The position numbers were made by a program, and so were the translations under genes. The notes beneath the pieces are model-generated. The model was not told the origin of the DNA and did not search any database. It was given only the letters and a program-made list of their open reading frames with translations. From Octopus vulgaris (taxonomy: Eukaryota), in NCBI GenBank assembly GCA_951406725.2, contig OX597831.1, positions 19,468,001-19,532,000 of the forward strand: a stretch of DNA of 64,000 nt, given 5' to 3'. Below, one piece after another: positions 13,801 through 28,256 of the stretch. The number at the start of each line of letters is the position of its first letter. The stretch's first letter is position 1.

Positions 13801-14860
13801 GCCAAGAAGGCTTTTTGTGGGAATGTTGCCGTTTTCTAATCTTTACACCACATAGGATCGTTGAGATTTTCGCGGATGCATAGTATAGGTGGTTGAGATT
13901 TGTGATATCAACATCATTAGCTGAAATTATATACTTAAGTGCAAGCCGGATTTTACCAATTATTTTCATGTTTTGTTTAGAGTTGCGGATTTTATGGAGT
14001 GTATCACGTTCATCCATGCTGGTTTCTTTAATTTTCAGCCATTCAATCATGATTTGATTTTTCAAGCTCATGTAGTTCTGTTGGGTCAATATTTGTGTGA
14101 CTTTCTTTATCTATTTGATGTTCATCTGTCTTAGTGTTTATGATTGGTTCAGGGAGTATTTCACTTTGCCTATCACTTATACTAACTCTTTCAATCCTTA
14201 CTTCGTTTTTATCAGCACTGGGCTGGTCTATAATTATTTCCTCTGTATTATCTTCTCTAGCTGCAGCTTCGTTCATTTTATCCGATATTGCTTGTCTAAC
14301 TTGATCAATCTCTACTTCAGTCAGTAATTTTTTATAATATTTCTTCTGACTTTGGCAAGTTTGTTACTGTCTATGTAGGGTCTTGCTTCAGGGTGTTTCT
14401 GTCTCCAGTTTAAGTATGTTTGTACAGTGTTAGATTTATCTGTGGGGAAATATATGGCATGGTAGAAGGCCGCAAGAACTTCTTTATTATCTTCCCTAGA
14501 CCATTTTTCCTTCTTTTTCTTTTGATTATTTGGTGACGAGTATGGATGGCCATCTGTAGGAATATTCCGGTTGTGGGGTACGTCCAGCTCCTGTGTGTTG
14601 GGAAGATTTGATCCAGTAGCTGATTTTTCAATCAGAATTTGGTTCAATTTTCGGTTACATGTTCTTTTATAATCCGCGCAACGACCAATGCGGTTTGTAG
14701 TTTGTTTTGTTGACATTGAAGCATGACGAGCTTCCACTCTTATATTAGGAGATGGATCTGTCAGTTTAGGGTTCTCTACACGTAAGCATTGCTCGTAGCG
14801 CAGCTTCTTAAGGTTAGCAGATCTGTATTCGTCTGTATTGTTTTGTTGATAGTTTTATCT
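10894..14860 (-). mobile_element. Near-full-length, frameshifted R4/Dong-clade retrotransposon (copy B)
   Basis: Six overlapping ORF pieces (14321-14737 through 11088-12365). They give an N-terminal KWSREDNKEVL (Myb-like) segment, NYRPITCL, AWIDYKKAFDS, IFQGDSLSPLLF, YMDD, CCHC, RHD, RPDIIL..D and K..KY. The 3' end abuts (TAA)n. Confidence 0.92.
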
Positions 14861-15817
14861 CCGAACATTTTTTTTTCACCTTCTCTTCTTTTTCTCCTCT
14901 CTCTTTCTCTCTATCTCCTTCTTCCCCTTTTTCCTTCCTTCTTTTCCCTTCCTCTTTTAAACTTATAAAAGGCTCAATCTACCTGTATTAGTTCTAATAA
15001 TGAGAATAAAATACGGAGAAAGAAAAGAAAAAAAAGGGATCTGTCAGTTATTACTGTTATTACTATCACCATCACCACCATCACCATAATCATGATCATC
15101 ACCATCACCATCACCATCATCATCATCAATGATATTGTTTTATGTGTAGTCACAGCCACCATCATCACCACTACTGTCATTGTGTGGGGGAATAGTTGGT
15201 TAAAGAGGTCATGTTCTATGGGTCTATAAATAGAATCAGCAGATGGTGGAGACAAAGGACATTAATGCTCAGTAAGAGGTCAAACCAGTTTACATTTATT
15301 TTTTCCTTTCTCTTTTCTTCCTTTCCACATACATATGTATATGTATAAGTATACTCACACACACATATTATCTGATGTTCACGTCGATGATTTTTTGAAT
15401 TTCTGAATTCAATGTTATGTATATATTTTTTAAATTTCTGAATTCAGTTGTATGTATATATTAGCAGGTGCTTACTTCCATAATTTTTTATCGTGCATTT
15501 AATTGTGTTGTTACAATAAAAGGCAATTTAAAAGGCAATTTTACACATTCTTATAGTCATGAGAGACGACTAATGTTCACACAAAATTGAAGATATTTAT
15601 GTTTCTAATTTTTCTTGTTAGGTGTACGTTTGTATGAGCTGTAGATATGTAAGTTCCTTAAGTTATTTTGAGGGAAATTCAAATTACTCACAGAAAACAG
15701 TAGATCTTCCAGTTTTCTACAGTTGTTTCTTTTTTTCAGTTGTCCTGCTGTGTTAGTTGTTTGCCAGTTCAGAGCATCGAAAAAATACGTCCATCCTCTG
15801 TCACATACAGCCGCCTA

Positions 15818-15890
<73 letters not shown>

Positions 15891-16058
15891 AAGGCGACGA
15901 ACTGGCAAAATAGCGCCTTAGACAAAATGCTTCATTTCTGTTGGTTCTATATTCTGAGTTCAAATTCCACCCAGGTCGACTTTGCCATATATCCTTTTGA
16001 GGGTCGATAAAATAAGTCCCCAAACTTTCAGGCTCTGTACCTATAGTATAAAAGATTA
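15818..16058 (+). mobile_element. (TAA)n tract followed by an internally deleted Meta-type SINE
   Basis: ATT repeat at 15818-15889, then aaggcgacgaactggc...gtcgactttgcc...ggtcgataaaataagt. Confidence 0.7.
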
Positions 16059-16594
16059 TTTATTTATTTGTTACCGTATGAGTTCTTAGAAACTTCACTA
16101 CTGGGATGTTTGAAATGGGAATGTTACCGATATTTTGCCGTTTTAGAAAGGTTCTTCACTCTTACTCTATGCGATTTCTAAATGTGCTAGATGTAACAGC
16201 TATCTTTCCTTTAAAATCAACGGTCCCCAAACGTCTTTGCGCAAGGGCCGGTTTCATGCATGACAATTTTCTCACTGTCTAGGGAATCCTGCTCGTAACA
16301 AAACACCATAAAGTACATAATACATAATTTAATTATTACATATATAATAGGTATATAATGCAAAGATACCCTGCAGACTGTGATAGGCCATAAAATAGAA
16401 ATGAAATTTTAAAAGTTATTCTCTTTGTGCGACCCGGTACAAAATGATCCACGGCTCCACACTTCTCCTAAATAAATTATTGGTGAGTTCTTGCGTCATT
16501 CTCATCTTCAGAAAATCGTAATCGAATGATTGTTTCACTATAAACATGTAACTAATGATACCCCTTGTTCACATAAGTGTGATATGGAACAAAG

Positions 16595-16638
<44 letters not shown>

Positions 16639-16645
16639 TGTATAT

Positions 16646-16895
16646 CTTGGGCAAATGTCTTCTACTATAGCCTCGGGCCGATCAAAGCCTTGCGAGTGGA
16701 TTTGGTAGACAGAAACTGAAACAAGCCCGTCCTATATATGTATATATATATGTATGTGTGTGTGTCTCTTCCCCACCACCCCACCCCAAAATTGCTTGAC
16801 AACCGACGCTGGTGTGTTTACGTCCCCGTAAATTAGCGGTTCGGCAAAACACCGATAGAATAAGTACTAGGCTTAAAAACAATAAGTCCTGGAGT

Positions 16896-16897
<2 letters not shown>
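16646..16897 (+). mobile_element. Octopus CORE-like SINE, partial
   Basis: cttgggcaaatgtcttctactatagcctcgggccg...agcggttcggcaaaa...aataagtactaggctt, shared with many copies in the window. Confidence 0.75.
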
Positions 16898-16963
<66 letters not shown>

Positions 16964-16967
<4 letters not shown>

Positions 16968-17400
16968 TCTCTCACTGTGAAAGTTCAAATCCCACGTGTC
17001 TCGAGATGTGCCGAAGATTTTCTATTTTGGATATATTTGGGGTACTTAGGTCTGCTTGGGACTTAGTGCTTGCTTTTTCCGTGGGTATGAGTAAGTATTT
17101 CACTTATATCTCACGTATTTATCGCTGAAGAGGGGAAAATTCTTATGAATTAACCCCGAAATTGGGACCAATACGGTAATAACGGATTTTTGGGGAAATT
17201 TCTATCGGTTTGTTTTGAGACGCATAAATTATAATGGTTATTGACAATTTTTGTCTTTTTTCGGCATATTTGGCATTAGAATTTTTCTTTTGCCCTTATT
17301 TTGTAAATTATTTATAAATTTAACCTTTAAAGGTATATTTTGATATGCTGGCTATTGATAAAAATTTTTTCGGGAAAAAAATTTTAGCCTACATTAGTTA
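16964..17400 (+). mobile_element. Penelope pseudo-LTR-like short element (family C) between (TA)n tracts
   Basis: About 440 bp, carries a hammerhead, and is homologous to the rearranged copies at 36668-37590. Confidence 0.7.
17119..17179 (+). ncRNA. Type I hammerhead ribozyme motif (family C), apparently intact
   Basis: TTATCG-CTGAAGA-GGGG(aa)AATTC(ttat)GAATT(aa)CCCC-GAAA-TTGG(ga)CCAA-TA-CGGTAA. All three stems and the full core are present. Confidence 0.85.
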
Positions 17401-18461
17401 TATATATATATATATAGATCTGTATGTATAGATGTGCATATATATATATATATGTACGCACGTATGTTTATATGATTGCATGAATCTATCTCCTCACATC
17501 AGATTTGCAAATAATAACTTCTTAACGTAAATTATTTGCCCCATCTGCGAATCTTTCTGCTCCTAATAACATCAAACGTTAATCTTGAACAACATCTGAG
17601 AAATTCAGAAAGCCGACTGCTCACAGATATTGATAGAAATATTGATCTATCTTTCCCTCTTTCTTTCAATCCAGTTATTTAACCTCGCTACTACCGTTGG
17701 GATTTTTGATTGCACAAACTGCTCTCACGTTTACTTTCGCAAAGAGGTTACACCATTTTCCCATAGAGCAATTCAAGTATTACACTGAAATTAGTTTTAT
17801 TATGTACAGAACCAAGAAGACGTGTGCTTGTTGTAATTCTTTTTATCGTATTTCCGTGGCATTTGCAGCTGTTGTTGTTGTAGTTGCTGCTGCGGTTGCT
17901 GTTGTTGTAGTTGTTGCGATCAAAGAAGTCCATGATACACATTTCCTGTCTTCTTCATCGCAATTTATTTTCTTACGTATTCTGTATTATTCCTGTTTAA
18001 AGACAGTATGATCTTCCGGGAGAGGACATTGCTCATTTATCTCTACTAATTACTAATTACACCTGCAGTCAGACATCTACGGGTGAGACATCGCAAAATA
18101 TTCCTATACATATTCAAAAGTAAATCCAATTTAAGTATTCTAGAAGATGGGTAAAGTTCGGCATGGCAAAACTGCGTGGGTTTAAGAACAAACCGGAGAG
18201 AGACGTGGGGAGAAGGGAGAGGAAAAGTATATAGCTTTGCTCAGTTGAGAGAAAACTTATTATAGCAGGATTCGTCCTTTCATTGTAGAAATTGGCAGAT
18301 ATTTCTGTGTGTCGATATATACATGTAGCTTGGAAACAGATAAAGTTATATAGATGTATATACATGAACATTATATATATATATATGTATTCAAATTATA
18401 TATGTTTACATACGTACACACACACTCACTCACACAAATACATTCATACATACACACACAG

Positions 18462-18501
<40 letters not shown>

Positions 18502-18721
18502 CTAATATCGAACAGTGACAATGAACGCTCATCCAAGATGAAGATAAGTACCAACTCTGATGTGACAGGCTTGATGGTTACTGAGAAACCTTCTTTCGGT
18601 ATGACACCTATAGCAAACGTTTTAACCCACAAATAAAGAATATTTTAACGCCGGGGTGCTGAGAAAGTCCTGGATTTGGGTAAAAAGAAACACGGGAGAA
18701 TTAGTTTTTATTTATTTTTTT

Positions 18722-18884
18722 TTTACTTGTTTCAGTCATTTGACTGCTGGCCATGCTGGAGCACCGCCTTTAGTTGAGCAAATCGACCCCAGGGCTTATT
18801 CTTTGTAAGCCTAGTACTTATTCTATCGGTCCATTTCGCCGAACCGCTAAGTTACGGGGACGTAAACACACCAGCGTCGGTTGT
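18722..18884 (-). mobile_element. CORE-like SINE 3' fragment
   Basis: ttttacttgtttcagtcatttgactg..gccatgctggagcaccgcc tail shared with other copies. Confidence 0.75.
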
Positions 18885-19208
18885 TAAAAGTCATTGCAAG
18901 TATAAAATATCAATTTTCACCTTTCCATTTTTGGGAAGGAAAGTTTGCCAGAAACGCCTTCAGATATTTTTCGTGTGTTAGTATTTAACCAAACGAAAAT
19001 TTAATCTCTTGTGCAACAGAGAATATAATCATTCTTCTGACGTTCTTGACCTAAGACACTTCTTTAATCACCTTGCTTGAGAACATTTTTGTTCGGAAAT
19101 ACCAGCAGATGTTACAGGATTTACCAACAAAAGTTGGCAAATTTCACAAATCTCTAGATGTCACGATTGTATGTACCTATGTACACACACACACACACAC
19201 ACACACAT

Positions 19209-19240
<32 letters not shown>

Positions 19241-19321
19241 GAATTTTATCGATCAATCATGAAATAGAGGTCTCTCACTCTCTCTCTTTCTCTCCCTATC
19301 TCTCTCCCTCTCTCCCTCTCC

Positions 19322-19359
<38 letters not shown>

Positions 19360-20534
19360 AATCTCCCTCGTTATTCTCTCCTTCGCTCGCTTTCACTCTC
19401 TGATAGAAACTTTAATTCCAAAAATTGATGCGATCAAATAATGAATGTCAATATAACACTTGCGTCTTTCTTTTGCTTTTTTTTTCCGGTTGGCATGTTC
19501 TCTTTCTTGATCGCCTTCCGATAAAATGTCACCAGCCTTAGATATATCTTTGTAATTCGCTTGATCAAAGCGTTGGTTAATAAAATAGAATATCTATCAA
19601 ATGTACTGCCTCAAAATACACAGCTCTCCAATGGTACTTCCCAATTCCCATTTCAATATTAGTTCTAAATCAAAGTGTTATGTCAATACTTTCCGTACAA
19701 TATCAACACAGAAGAACACAAACTAATATTCATTTTTAATATGTTTCAAAGCCTGCGTAGAAATTCCAGCCTTTCTCCGTTCATTTGTTTATGACATTTT
19801 AGTTGCTTGCTGTGATTCTGACAAACTGTATAGGCCTGAATACAAGAGCTGTCCGAGACTTTGTTCTAGTAACAAATTAGATTTCCCATTTGAGCATCGA
19901 TTCGACCTACGTAGCCCCGAACCCGAATCTTTAGTGTAGACCTGGTTGCAAAAATAAACATCACTCGAATAGAAGTGAATATTTATTAAGAATCCACTGG
20001 ATGCTCGTAACTTGCACGGAAAATCTATTTACACTGAAAATCAATTTGCTTTAAGACTAATAAATGCATTTTTTCCTCTCACCAAATAAATTCTCCTCTT
20101 TTGCTGGACGCCTGTTTAGAGTAACCATATCTTAATTACTTCTCACCGGCCTTGGCATTATTTTCCATCTTATTTGAGATACATTCGCACTCAGAACTGA
20201 ACGGTCCGTTGCTGAGCCTTCCAAACTTACTCATTTCAGATTCTTTCGAAACCCAATTGCTTCTTCTCTGACACCATAATTCGACGCAATGACGTAAAAC
20301 TAGTTTTGGTTTCTATGGTGACTAAAATCATTTTTGAAGATTTTGCGTCTGGAATGCAATAAAAATACAGAGACTCATCAATGGTTACACAACATTTGCC
20401 GACTCAAACATTACATAACATGAAAATGTTGTCTGCATCGTTTTATTTGCCAGCAATAATTAACAAACAGAATATTTGTTGCTATTTTACCAAGAAAATC
20501 TCTCATAAGTATATTAGATATTCATTTGTTTTTC

Positions 20535-20800
20535 ATTTGTCACCCTTTTCAAGCCTAGTTAGGGTCATGGGCCCGGTTTCCGGGTTTCTGTGGCATATGT
20601 GTTCCCCCCAGCAGTAACAGGAAGAGAGCGTGAGAGAAACATGTGGCGACAGAGTACAACAGGGGTCACCACCACCCCTGCCGGAACTTCGTGGAGCTTT
20701 TAAGTGTTTTCGCTCAATAAACACACACAACGCCCGGTCTGGGAATCGAAACCGCAATCCTCCGACTGCGAGTCCGCTACCCTAACCATTGCGCCTCCTA
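20535..20800 (-). mobile_element. tRNA-derived SINE (third family; related to 51602-51900)
   Basis: Reverse complement head ggaggcgcaatggttagggtagcggactcgcagtcggaggattgcggtttcgattccc has A-box-like and B-box-like motifs. Confidence 0.7.
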
Positions 20801-21551
20801 TATTAGGTATACTAGAACAAAATTATTCTTTGTTGATTGCATCAGTTTATTCGTCAGCAATAATTAAAGACAGATATTGTTATCTACTTCACCAAGTATA
20901 TCTCTCTAGAACATAATTTAGTGTAGTGTTACTGGGGTGTCTATTAATACTAATTTTGCAAAACTGTCCCTGATCGGTGCCACTATAATGCTCTCTCGAT
21001 TCTGCTATTTTAAACAATAATGATTTTTTAAACACTCTCATCCACATTTGGTCGACGAATGAATTGCAAATGCTCTGTCATATTTATTATTCACTTATCT
21101 TTTATTTATATTGCATATATTTTGTTCTTAAAATTTCATTAAGTAATTCTTTAACATTATTCCATTTAGGAATGAACACTTGCAGTTGAATAGCAATGCA
21201 GTGACATTCGAAGAAGAAAGCCAAAATCATACTGTCGTTATCAATTCTCCGCATGAGTTATTTTAACATGCAAAAACATATTTTCGGGTCGAAAGAATTT
21301 ATTTACGTTCGAAAGAGTTAACTGACAAACTAAATTTAATTGCGATTCTCATAGGAATTTTTTTAAAATAAATAAATCATTATTAATAAATCAAATAGAT
21401 TATCAGGTTTTCTTCCCAGTAGCATTATTCCTAAGACGAGTGAACTGGAAAGCAAATCAATAATAGTATTCTCTTATTTCCATGTCACTTATACACAACC
21501 AACAAACATTTGTGACAACTAAAACTTAAAATCACTATGAATCATATAGTT

Positions 21552-21762
21552 AAGTTGGCGAGGTGGCAGAATGGTTAGCACACCAGGCAAAATGCTCAGT
21601 GGTGATTCGTCTGCCGCTACGTTCGGATTCCGCCGAGGTCGACTTTACCTTTCATCCTTTCGGGGTCGATAAATTAAGTACCAGTCAAGTACTAGAGTCG
21701 ATGTGATCTACCATCCCCCGCCACTCAAAATCCAGGTATTGTACCTTCAGTAGGAAGGATTT
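21552..21762 (+). mobile_element. Meta-type octopus SINE
   Basis: gtcgactttacctttcatcctttcggggtcgataaattaagtacc core. Confidence 0.8.
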
Positions 21763-22224
21763 TTTATCGTATAATTCTCGCACTTGTATGTATGCCGTCA
21801 TTCTCCATATGTCACCACGTGACACATTGAGCGTCCTAAATATAATCCCCGCTAAAAACAATTTTACACTTTACTTTACTCTTTTGAAGCAGCGTACCAA
21901 GTTTTTAGTGTGTTCTACACACGACTGCACAATGGTGGGTCACCTGATCACAGTTTCGATTCCGGGATAGGTTGATGAGTTCTGCTCTTAAGCCATTACC
22001 ATCTCTGGAATTACTGCTTTTTATTCTTCTTTGGTGCACATTGCTAGTGGAGCGGCCATGCTCATATTCTAATGCCAGTAAGAAAAATGGCGTGATCAGA
22101 CTCAAACTTCGATCACATGACCACAATAGTACCATCTATAAGCACGCACGCGCAGAATGCAGTGTGGTATTAATAAGGAATTATTATGGCGAAAGTGTAG
22201 ATAATTTTTGACTTGCCTTTATAT

Positions 22225-22525
22225 GCTGAGCCCCCCTTCGGTCATGACTGACCATGGGATTGCACCTAGAAAGTTACCTTCCCAGACCAGCAGTCGCCTA
22301 TGCATACCGGCCTCCCCTCTCTACACCACTGATGTTATCCAAGGCAAAGGGGCCGATACAGCTTGGCACCTGTGACGTCGCAACTCATTTCTACAGCTGA
22401 GTGAACTGGAGCAACGTGAAATAAAGTGTCTTGCTCAAGAACACAACACGCAGCCCGATCCGGTATTCGAACTCACAACCTCACATTCGTACGTTCGACG
22501 CTCTAACCACTGAGCCATGCACCTT
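22225..22525 (-). mobile_element. tRNA-derived SINE with a V-domain-like core
   Basis: Reverse complement reads ggctcagtggttagagcgtcg...gagttcgaatacc, then tgtgttcttgagcaagacactttatttcac. Confidence 0.65.
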
Positions 22526-22553
22526 CACACACAGACACAGACACAAACACACA

Positions 22554-22599
<46 letters not shown>

Positions 22600-22606
<7 letters not shown>

Positions 22607-23121
22607 TAATGAAAGCGGAATTCTGTCTATCCGTCTGGTACCCTTGTATCTCAATCTACGTTTGCCCTACATACACATATTATGTAATCAGAATGATCCC
22701 GGTATTGAAGATCTGACCATCATTTGGTTCTTGATTATCCAGCAATAGGATCTGATTTAAAAGGATTTGGTTTGCTTTTTCTTGCAGGTAAACCTTAACT
22801 GATTCACGTCACCTTCTTTGTCAGATGACGTCAGAGATCAAGTAGGAGATGAATTAGGTTGCCTCCGTTGATTTTACCACGCGATAAGAACATTGGGACA
22901 AATGCCCAACAGTTGGAATTCAACTTGGGACTGAAATAATAGAATGCTTGCATTACAGAATAAATTCTCATTTGTCCTTAACTTCAGATCAAACAACACC
23001 GGGGAATATAGTTATTACTATAGTCATGCTATTTAATACTCGTTAGTTTCAGGCTTCTGTCCCAACTTACCCTCCACAGGAGCCACCCCATAATCCGCAC
23101 ACAGAGCGGCTTCTAAACTAG
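22600..23121 (+). mobile_element. Possible non-autonomous Helitron-like element
   Basis: Starts tatattaatgaaagcggaattctgtct. Ends with a CCGC(acacaga)GCGG hairpin followed by CTAG at 23118-23121. It sits between TA/CA tracts. Confidence 0.4.
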
Positions 23122-23122
23122 A

Positions 23123-23194
<72 letters not shown>

Positions 23195-23327
23195 GTAATA
23201 TTCGTTGCTACTTCAACAGCTGTCCTTTCGAACGGAAAGCCATGTTGAAGTGGCCACGAATATTATTTGTCAGTGCAACTACGGCGTTGATTTCTTGGAG
23301 AAACTTTTGAGTTAGTATGTTTACTTA

Positions 23328-23353
23328 CAGATAGATAGATAGATAGATAGATT

Positions 23354-23436
<83 letters not shown>

Positions 23437-23453
23437 TGATAGATAGATAGATT

Positions 23454-23484
<31 letters not shown>

Positions 23485-23485
23485 T

Positions 23486-23552
<67 letters not shown>

Positions 23553-23565
23553 TGATAGATAGATT

Positions 23566-23599
<34 letters not shown>

Positions 23600-23625
23600 C
23601 TGATTGATTGATTGATTGATAGACA
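23328..23625. repeat. (GATA)n microsatellite with GATT interruptions
   Basis: Seen directly. Confidence 0.95.
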
Positions 23626-24382
23626 GATAATTCAAAGCACAATATAATCCATTACTACTCAGAAAAAGTTCCCTTAATGGATCAGGTTACAAACCGCGCA
23701 GTAAACCGTAACAAAACAACGGACTGTAATCTATAACCTGATGCAGATAAAAATCCAATAAAACCAGAAGGTAACGATTATTTCATTTTGGATGTATAAA
23801 ATATATTACCCCCATACCTCCTCACTTTCTTCATCCATTATACAATATATATAATATATACAATATATGTGTGTGTGCGCGCGCGCGCGTGTGTGTGTGT
23901 TTGTGCCCGCTCAAATATGGTAGTTTTCCTTTTCTCACATGTATGTCTGTGCTCGAGTGTTTGTATTTACAAGGCATATAAACCAATTCTATGGAAGAAT
24001 ATGAATATATGACAGAGAACCATCTGAGTACTTATAATCAGCTATTTTCTGTAAGTATGCAACTTACATTAAGTGAAATCCCTGCAAAACAACAGCATCT
24101 CTGTAATATTTTCCTACATTTTATTATAACGAAGAGATAAGAAGTGAATTCGTTGAGTAAATATTTATTCACCTGCTTCTATATTCCGGAATGGACAATC
24201 GGCTTTTTGTGTTTGTTCTTCATCTTGATATCTCTCTTTTTTTCTGTATCTGTCTGTCTCTCAGTCCTCCTCCTCCTCCTCCTCTCTCTTTCCTGTGCGC
24301 GCGCACACACATACTCCTATAGTTTATAGAAGAGAGACAGATATTCTCCGTATACGCACACACATACATATGTGTGTGTGTG

Positions 24383-24420
<38 letters not shown>

Positions 24421-24437
24421 CTCTTTTACTGTTTTAC

Positions 24438-24619
24438 TCTTTTACTTGTTTCAGTCATTTGACTGTGGCCATGCTGGAGCACTGCCTTTAGTCGCGCAAA
24501 TCGACCTCAGGACTTATTCTTTTGCCGAACCGCTATGTTACGGGGACGTAAACAGACCACCATCGGTTGTCAAGTGATGTTGGAGGGACAAACACAGACA
24601 CACAAACACATACACACAC

Positions 24620-24682
<63 letters not shown>

Positions 24683-24829
24683 TATATACGGCGTGCTTCT
24701 TTCAGTTAACGTCAACCAAATCCACTCACAGGGCTTTGGTCGGCCCGAGGCTATATTAGAAGACACTTGCCCGAGGTGTTACGCATTGGGACTGAACCCG
24801 GAAACATGGGTTTCGTAAGCGAGCTACTT
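24438..24829 (-). mobile_element. CORE-like SINE split by the ORF1-only element (its head continues at 30174-30211)
   Basis: The body ends at gtaagcgagctactt. The remaining head, gtaagcaagctacttacaatacagccactcctacgcc, resumes at 30174. Confidence 0.75.
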
Positions 24830-26876
24830 TATTTCATAAAATTTGTCATCATAGACAGTACAAAGATTGTGTAGCTTTGCGGGCTGGACAAACACATTAA
24901 TGAATGAAAATGAAATAGAATGAATAAATGAGAGACGAAACCCAACACCCGCCGATTGGATTTTTCTCAAAAGTATATTTTCTTTTTTTTTAAATCAATA
25001 TGAGCTTTCAAACCTCTTACAAGAAGGAGGCACTAAAACCTCTTACTTAACATGTCTTTTTTTTTAAACACACAATTGAGGTTATAAACCACTACAAATA
25101 ATACAATAAGATGAGGTTTCAAACCCTATAACGAGGGTCTTTCACCTCCTACTCTTCGATATATCCATCGATATATTCCTCATTATCATCAATGCAGCAT
25201 GAGTTCCTGTATCCCGCCATTTCCCATGCCTCGCTCATGTAGGACATGTAAGTCGTGTAAGGGCCACCCGGCCATATGCGACATTCTTCCCCAAATCCTT
25301 TAAGCCTTTCCCCACAAGGGAAACCTTATGACCGCCACAGCTATCTGCGGAGGCCATTCGGGATCCCGTGTGAAGGGCATATCTACTGTCTCTTTATGTT
25401 GTTCTACTATTTTTTCCACCTTCCCGCCCTTATAGAAAAGGATAATTAATTGATCACCTTTAAGGGTGCAGGTGGTTTCTTCCACCGTGGGTGGCACAAT
25501 TTCGGGACATGCAGACGGCACATCATCTCCCCGCTGAGATTACCCGTTCTTCTTCCTTCTTTTTTTTCTTTTCTTCCTGACTTGGGAGAGTGGAGCTCTT
25601 CCGCTTTGTCCGAAGGCTCTCCCCCGCCTCCCGAAGACTTAGGTTCCTTCGGCGGGCAACTATTGTTGTCCGCCTTCTTCCTTTTTAATCCTTTTTGAGT
25701 TGAGGAGGCTGAAGTCTCCTCGACCACATCCACCTCTCCCTTTGACCAGGTAGGGGATGTGGCATCTAGTGACTGTTCCAGGGCCTTACCATGGTCCTGG
25801 GGACAGTTCCTTTTAATGTTGCCTTGCTGCAGGCACGAGAGGCACTTGGGGAGACGTCCCTCAAGTATCACCGGATACATGCAGCCAGCCATTTCCAAGA
25901 AATGTGGAATGACCAGATCTGCTGCGACCGATGGGGTCCACAGGGTCAAAATTGCTTTTGGCCCTTCTCAATCGACCTCCGGCAATATCCTTACATTTAA
26001 GAGCCTGGGTCCGCCATCCCCACTCCCCGTCGGATGGTATCTTCAATCCAATCCGCTTCGGTGCCTGGGGGTAACCCACATACCCAGACTCGTATTAATT
26101 TTCTTCTACAATATGACGGAAGGAAAGAATTTCCTTACTTTCTAAAGGCTGACTCGCAAACTGGCGAGCCTTTTCTCGTTGGCAAACAGCAACCATACGG
26201 TTGCATGTTTGACACAACGGGATATATATTTTAAAGAGGACAAATATTCTTTAATTTCATTTTTTATGACATGTTTTGGGAAGACGGAGATGGAATTAAG
26301 AACTTTAGAATAAGTTCTAAGTAACACCGTATTCTCCTCCATATCTTTTAACCACTGCTTACGCAGTTTAATTTCCCACTCTAAGACAGAGTTTTTCTTT
26401 TTACGTTCCTTCTCTGCCATGTCAAAAAACAGTTCAAAAGTAGTTGAAAAGACAGTCTGCCAAAAAATTAAACCGTATAAACATAAAACAAAATAAAAGA
26501 GATGGGGAGGAAACTAACATTAAAGTAATGAAAAGAATGAACCAAAATTTAGAAAGAAAGAAAAAATATATGTGTGTGTGTGTGTGTGTGTATGTATGTG
26601 TGTGTGTTTATGTGTCTGTGTTTGTCTCCCTAACATCCCTTGACAACCGGTGCTAGTGTGTTTACGTCTCCGTACAATAGCTGTTCGGCCAAAGAAACCG
26701 ATAAAATAAGTACTAGTCTTACAAAGAATAAGTTCTAAGGTTTATTTGCGCGATTAAACGCGGTGCTCTAGCGTGGCCGTATTCAAATGCCTGAAAGAAG
26801 TAAAATCATATAAATTTACGTGTATGTGTGCGTGCGTGTGTCCGCGCATGTGTGTGTGAACATATATATATATATT

Positions 26877-26957
<81 letters not shown>

Positions 26958-27004
26958 ATCTATCTATCTCTCTATCTATCTCTATACCTATCTAACTATC
27001 TGTA

Positions 27005-27075
<71 letters not shown>

Positions 27076-28214
27076 GCACATACTTAATATGTATAGAAAC
27101 TATTTGTTCTAGAAGTTATACCATAAATATTTTTTAACATACTGGATAATCTCGTGTTGCAGGAACTCGACTGATGAAATAGTAATATAAGACCAGATGA
27201 CAGCAGCTTGATAGCTTTTATCAGAAAACTGCTAAAATAATTCATAAGGCTTTGGAATTTCGATGGATCTCACTCGTTATAGATAAAATGCAAATGAAAC
27301 GGATTATCAAAATTGTGTTTGAGACGAAATAACATTCGGTACTTCGTTGCATGTTTTCAGCTTCGCACGGACGAATTTGCCTTTCATCTTTCCATTTCAC
27401 TAAAGTAAGATATCACTTAAATAATGGCGTCGATTTAATGGACTATGTTTTCTTAAAAATCTTTAACGCTCCATGAAGTTTAGCTATCAATAAATGATTC
27501 TAGATTCAGTGTAAACCGTTAATCGAGATACGAAAAAATTAAGCATAAAATGACGTATGCACACACACAGACATACACACACACGCATAGACATATGAGA
27601 GCACACAGACGAACACTTGTATACGTGCATATACACATGCATCCATATGTATCTATTATCTCTCTTTATATCTCAGTGCCGGATGGTATCTTCAATCCAA
27701 TCCGCTTCGGTGCCTGGGGGTAACCCACATACCCAGACTCGTATTAATTTTCTTCTACAATATGACGGAAGGAAAGAATTTCCTTGCTTTCTAAAGGCTG
27801 ACTCGCAAACTGGCGAGCCTTTTCTCGTTGTTAAACAGCAACCATACGGTTGCATGTTTGACACAACTGGATATATATTTTAAAGAGGACAAATATTCTT
27901 TAAGTTCATTTTTTATGACATGTTTTGGGAAGACGGAGATGGAATTAAGAACTTTAGAATAAGTTCTAAGTAACATCGTATTCTCCTCCATATCTTTTAA
28001 CCACTGCTTACGCAGTTTAATTTCCCACTCTAAGACAGAGTTTTTCTTTTTACGTTCCTTCTCTGCCATGTCAAAAAACAGTTCAAAAGTAGTTGAAAAG
28101 ACAGTCTGCCAAAAAATTAAACCGTATAAACATAAAACAAAATAAAAGAGATGGGGAGGAAACTAACATTAAAGTAATGAAAAGAATGAACCAAAATTTA
28201 GAAAGAAAGAAAAA

Positions 28215-28256
<42 letters not shown>

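Noticed and set aside
15622-15648. 27-nt micro-exon candidate (ttttcttgttag|VYVCMSCRY|gtaagt) on the plus strand
   Set aside because: The splice signals are good but I found no partner exons, and such matches occur by chance in 64 kb.
21972-22211. 79-aa ORF with a hydrophobic, signal-like N-terminus
   Set aside because: Non-ATG first codon, no promoter or splice support, and it lies between SINEs in repeat-like sequence.
27165-27215. Additional hammerhead-like cores (27171 and its copies, about 31375-31430, 35620-35670, 40530-40560, 40778, 41280-41325)
   Set aside because: Each has only part of the core or lacks pairing stems. They are possibly decayed ribozymes but cannot be supported individually.
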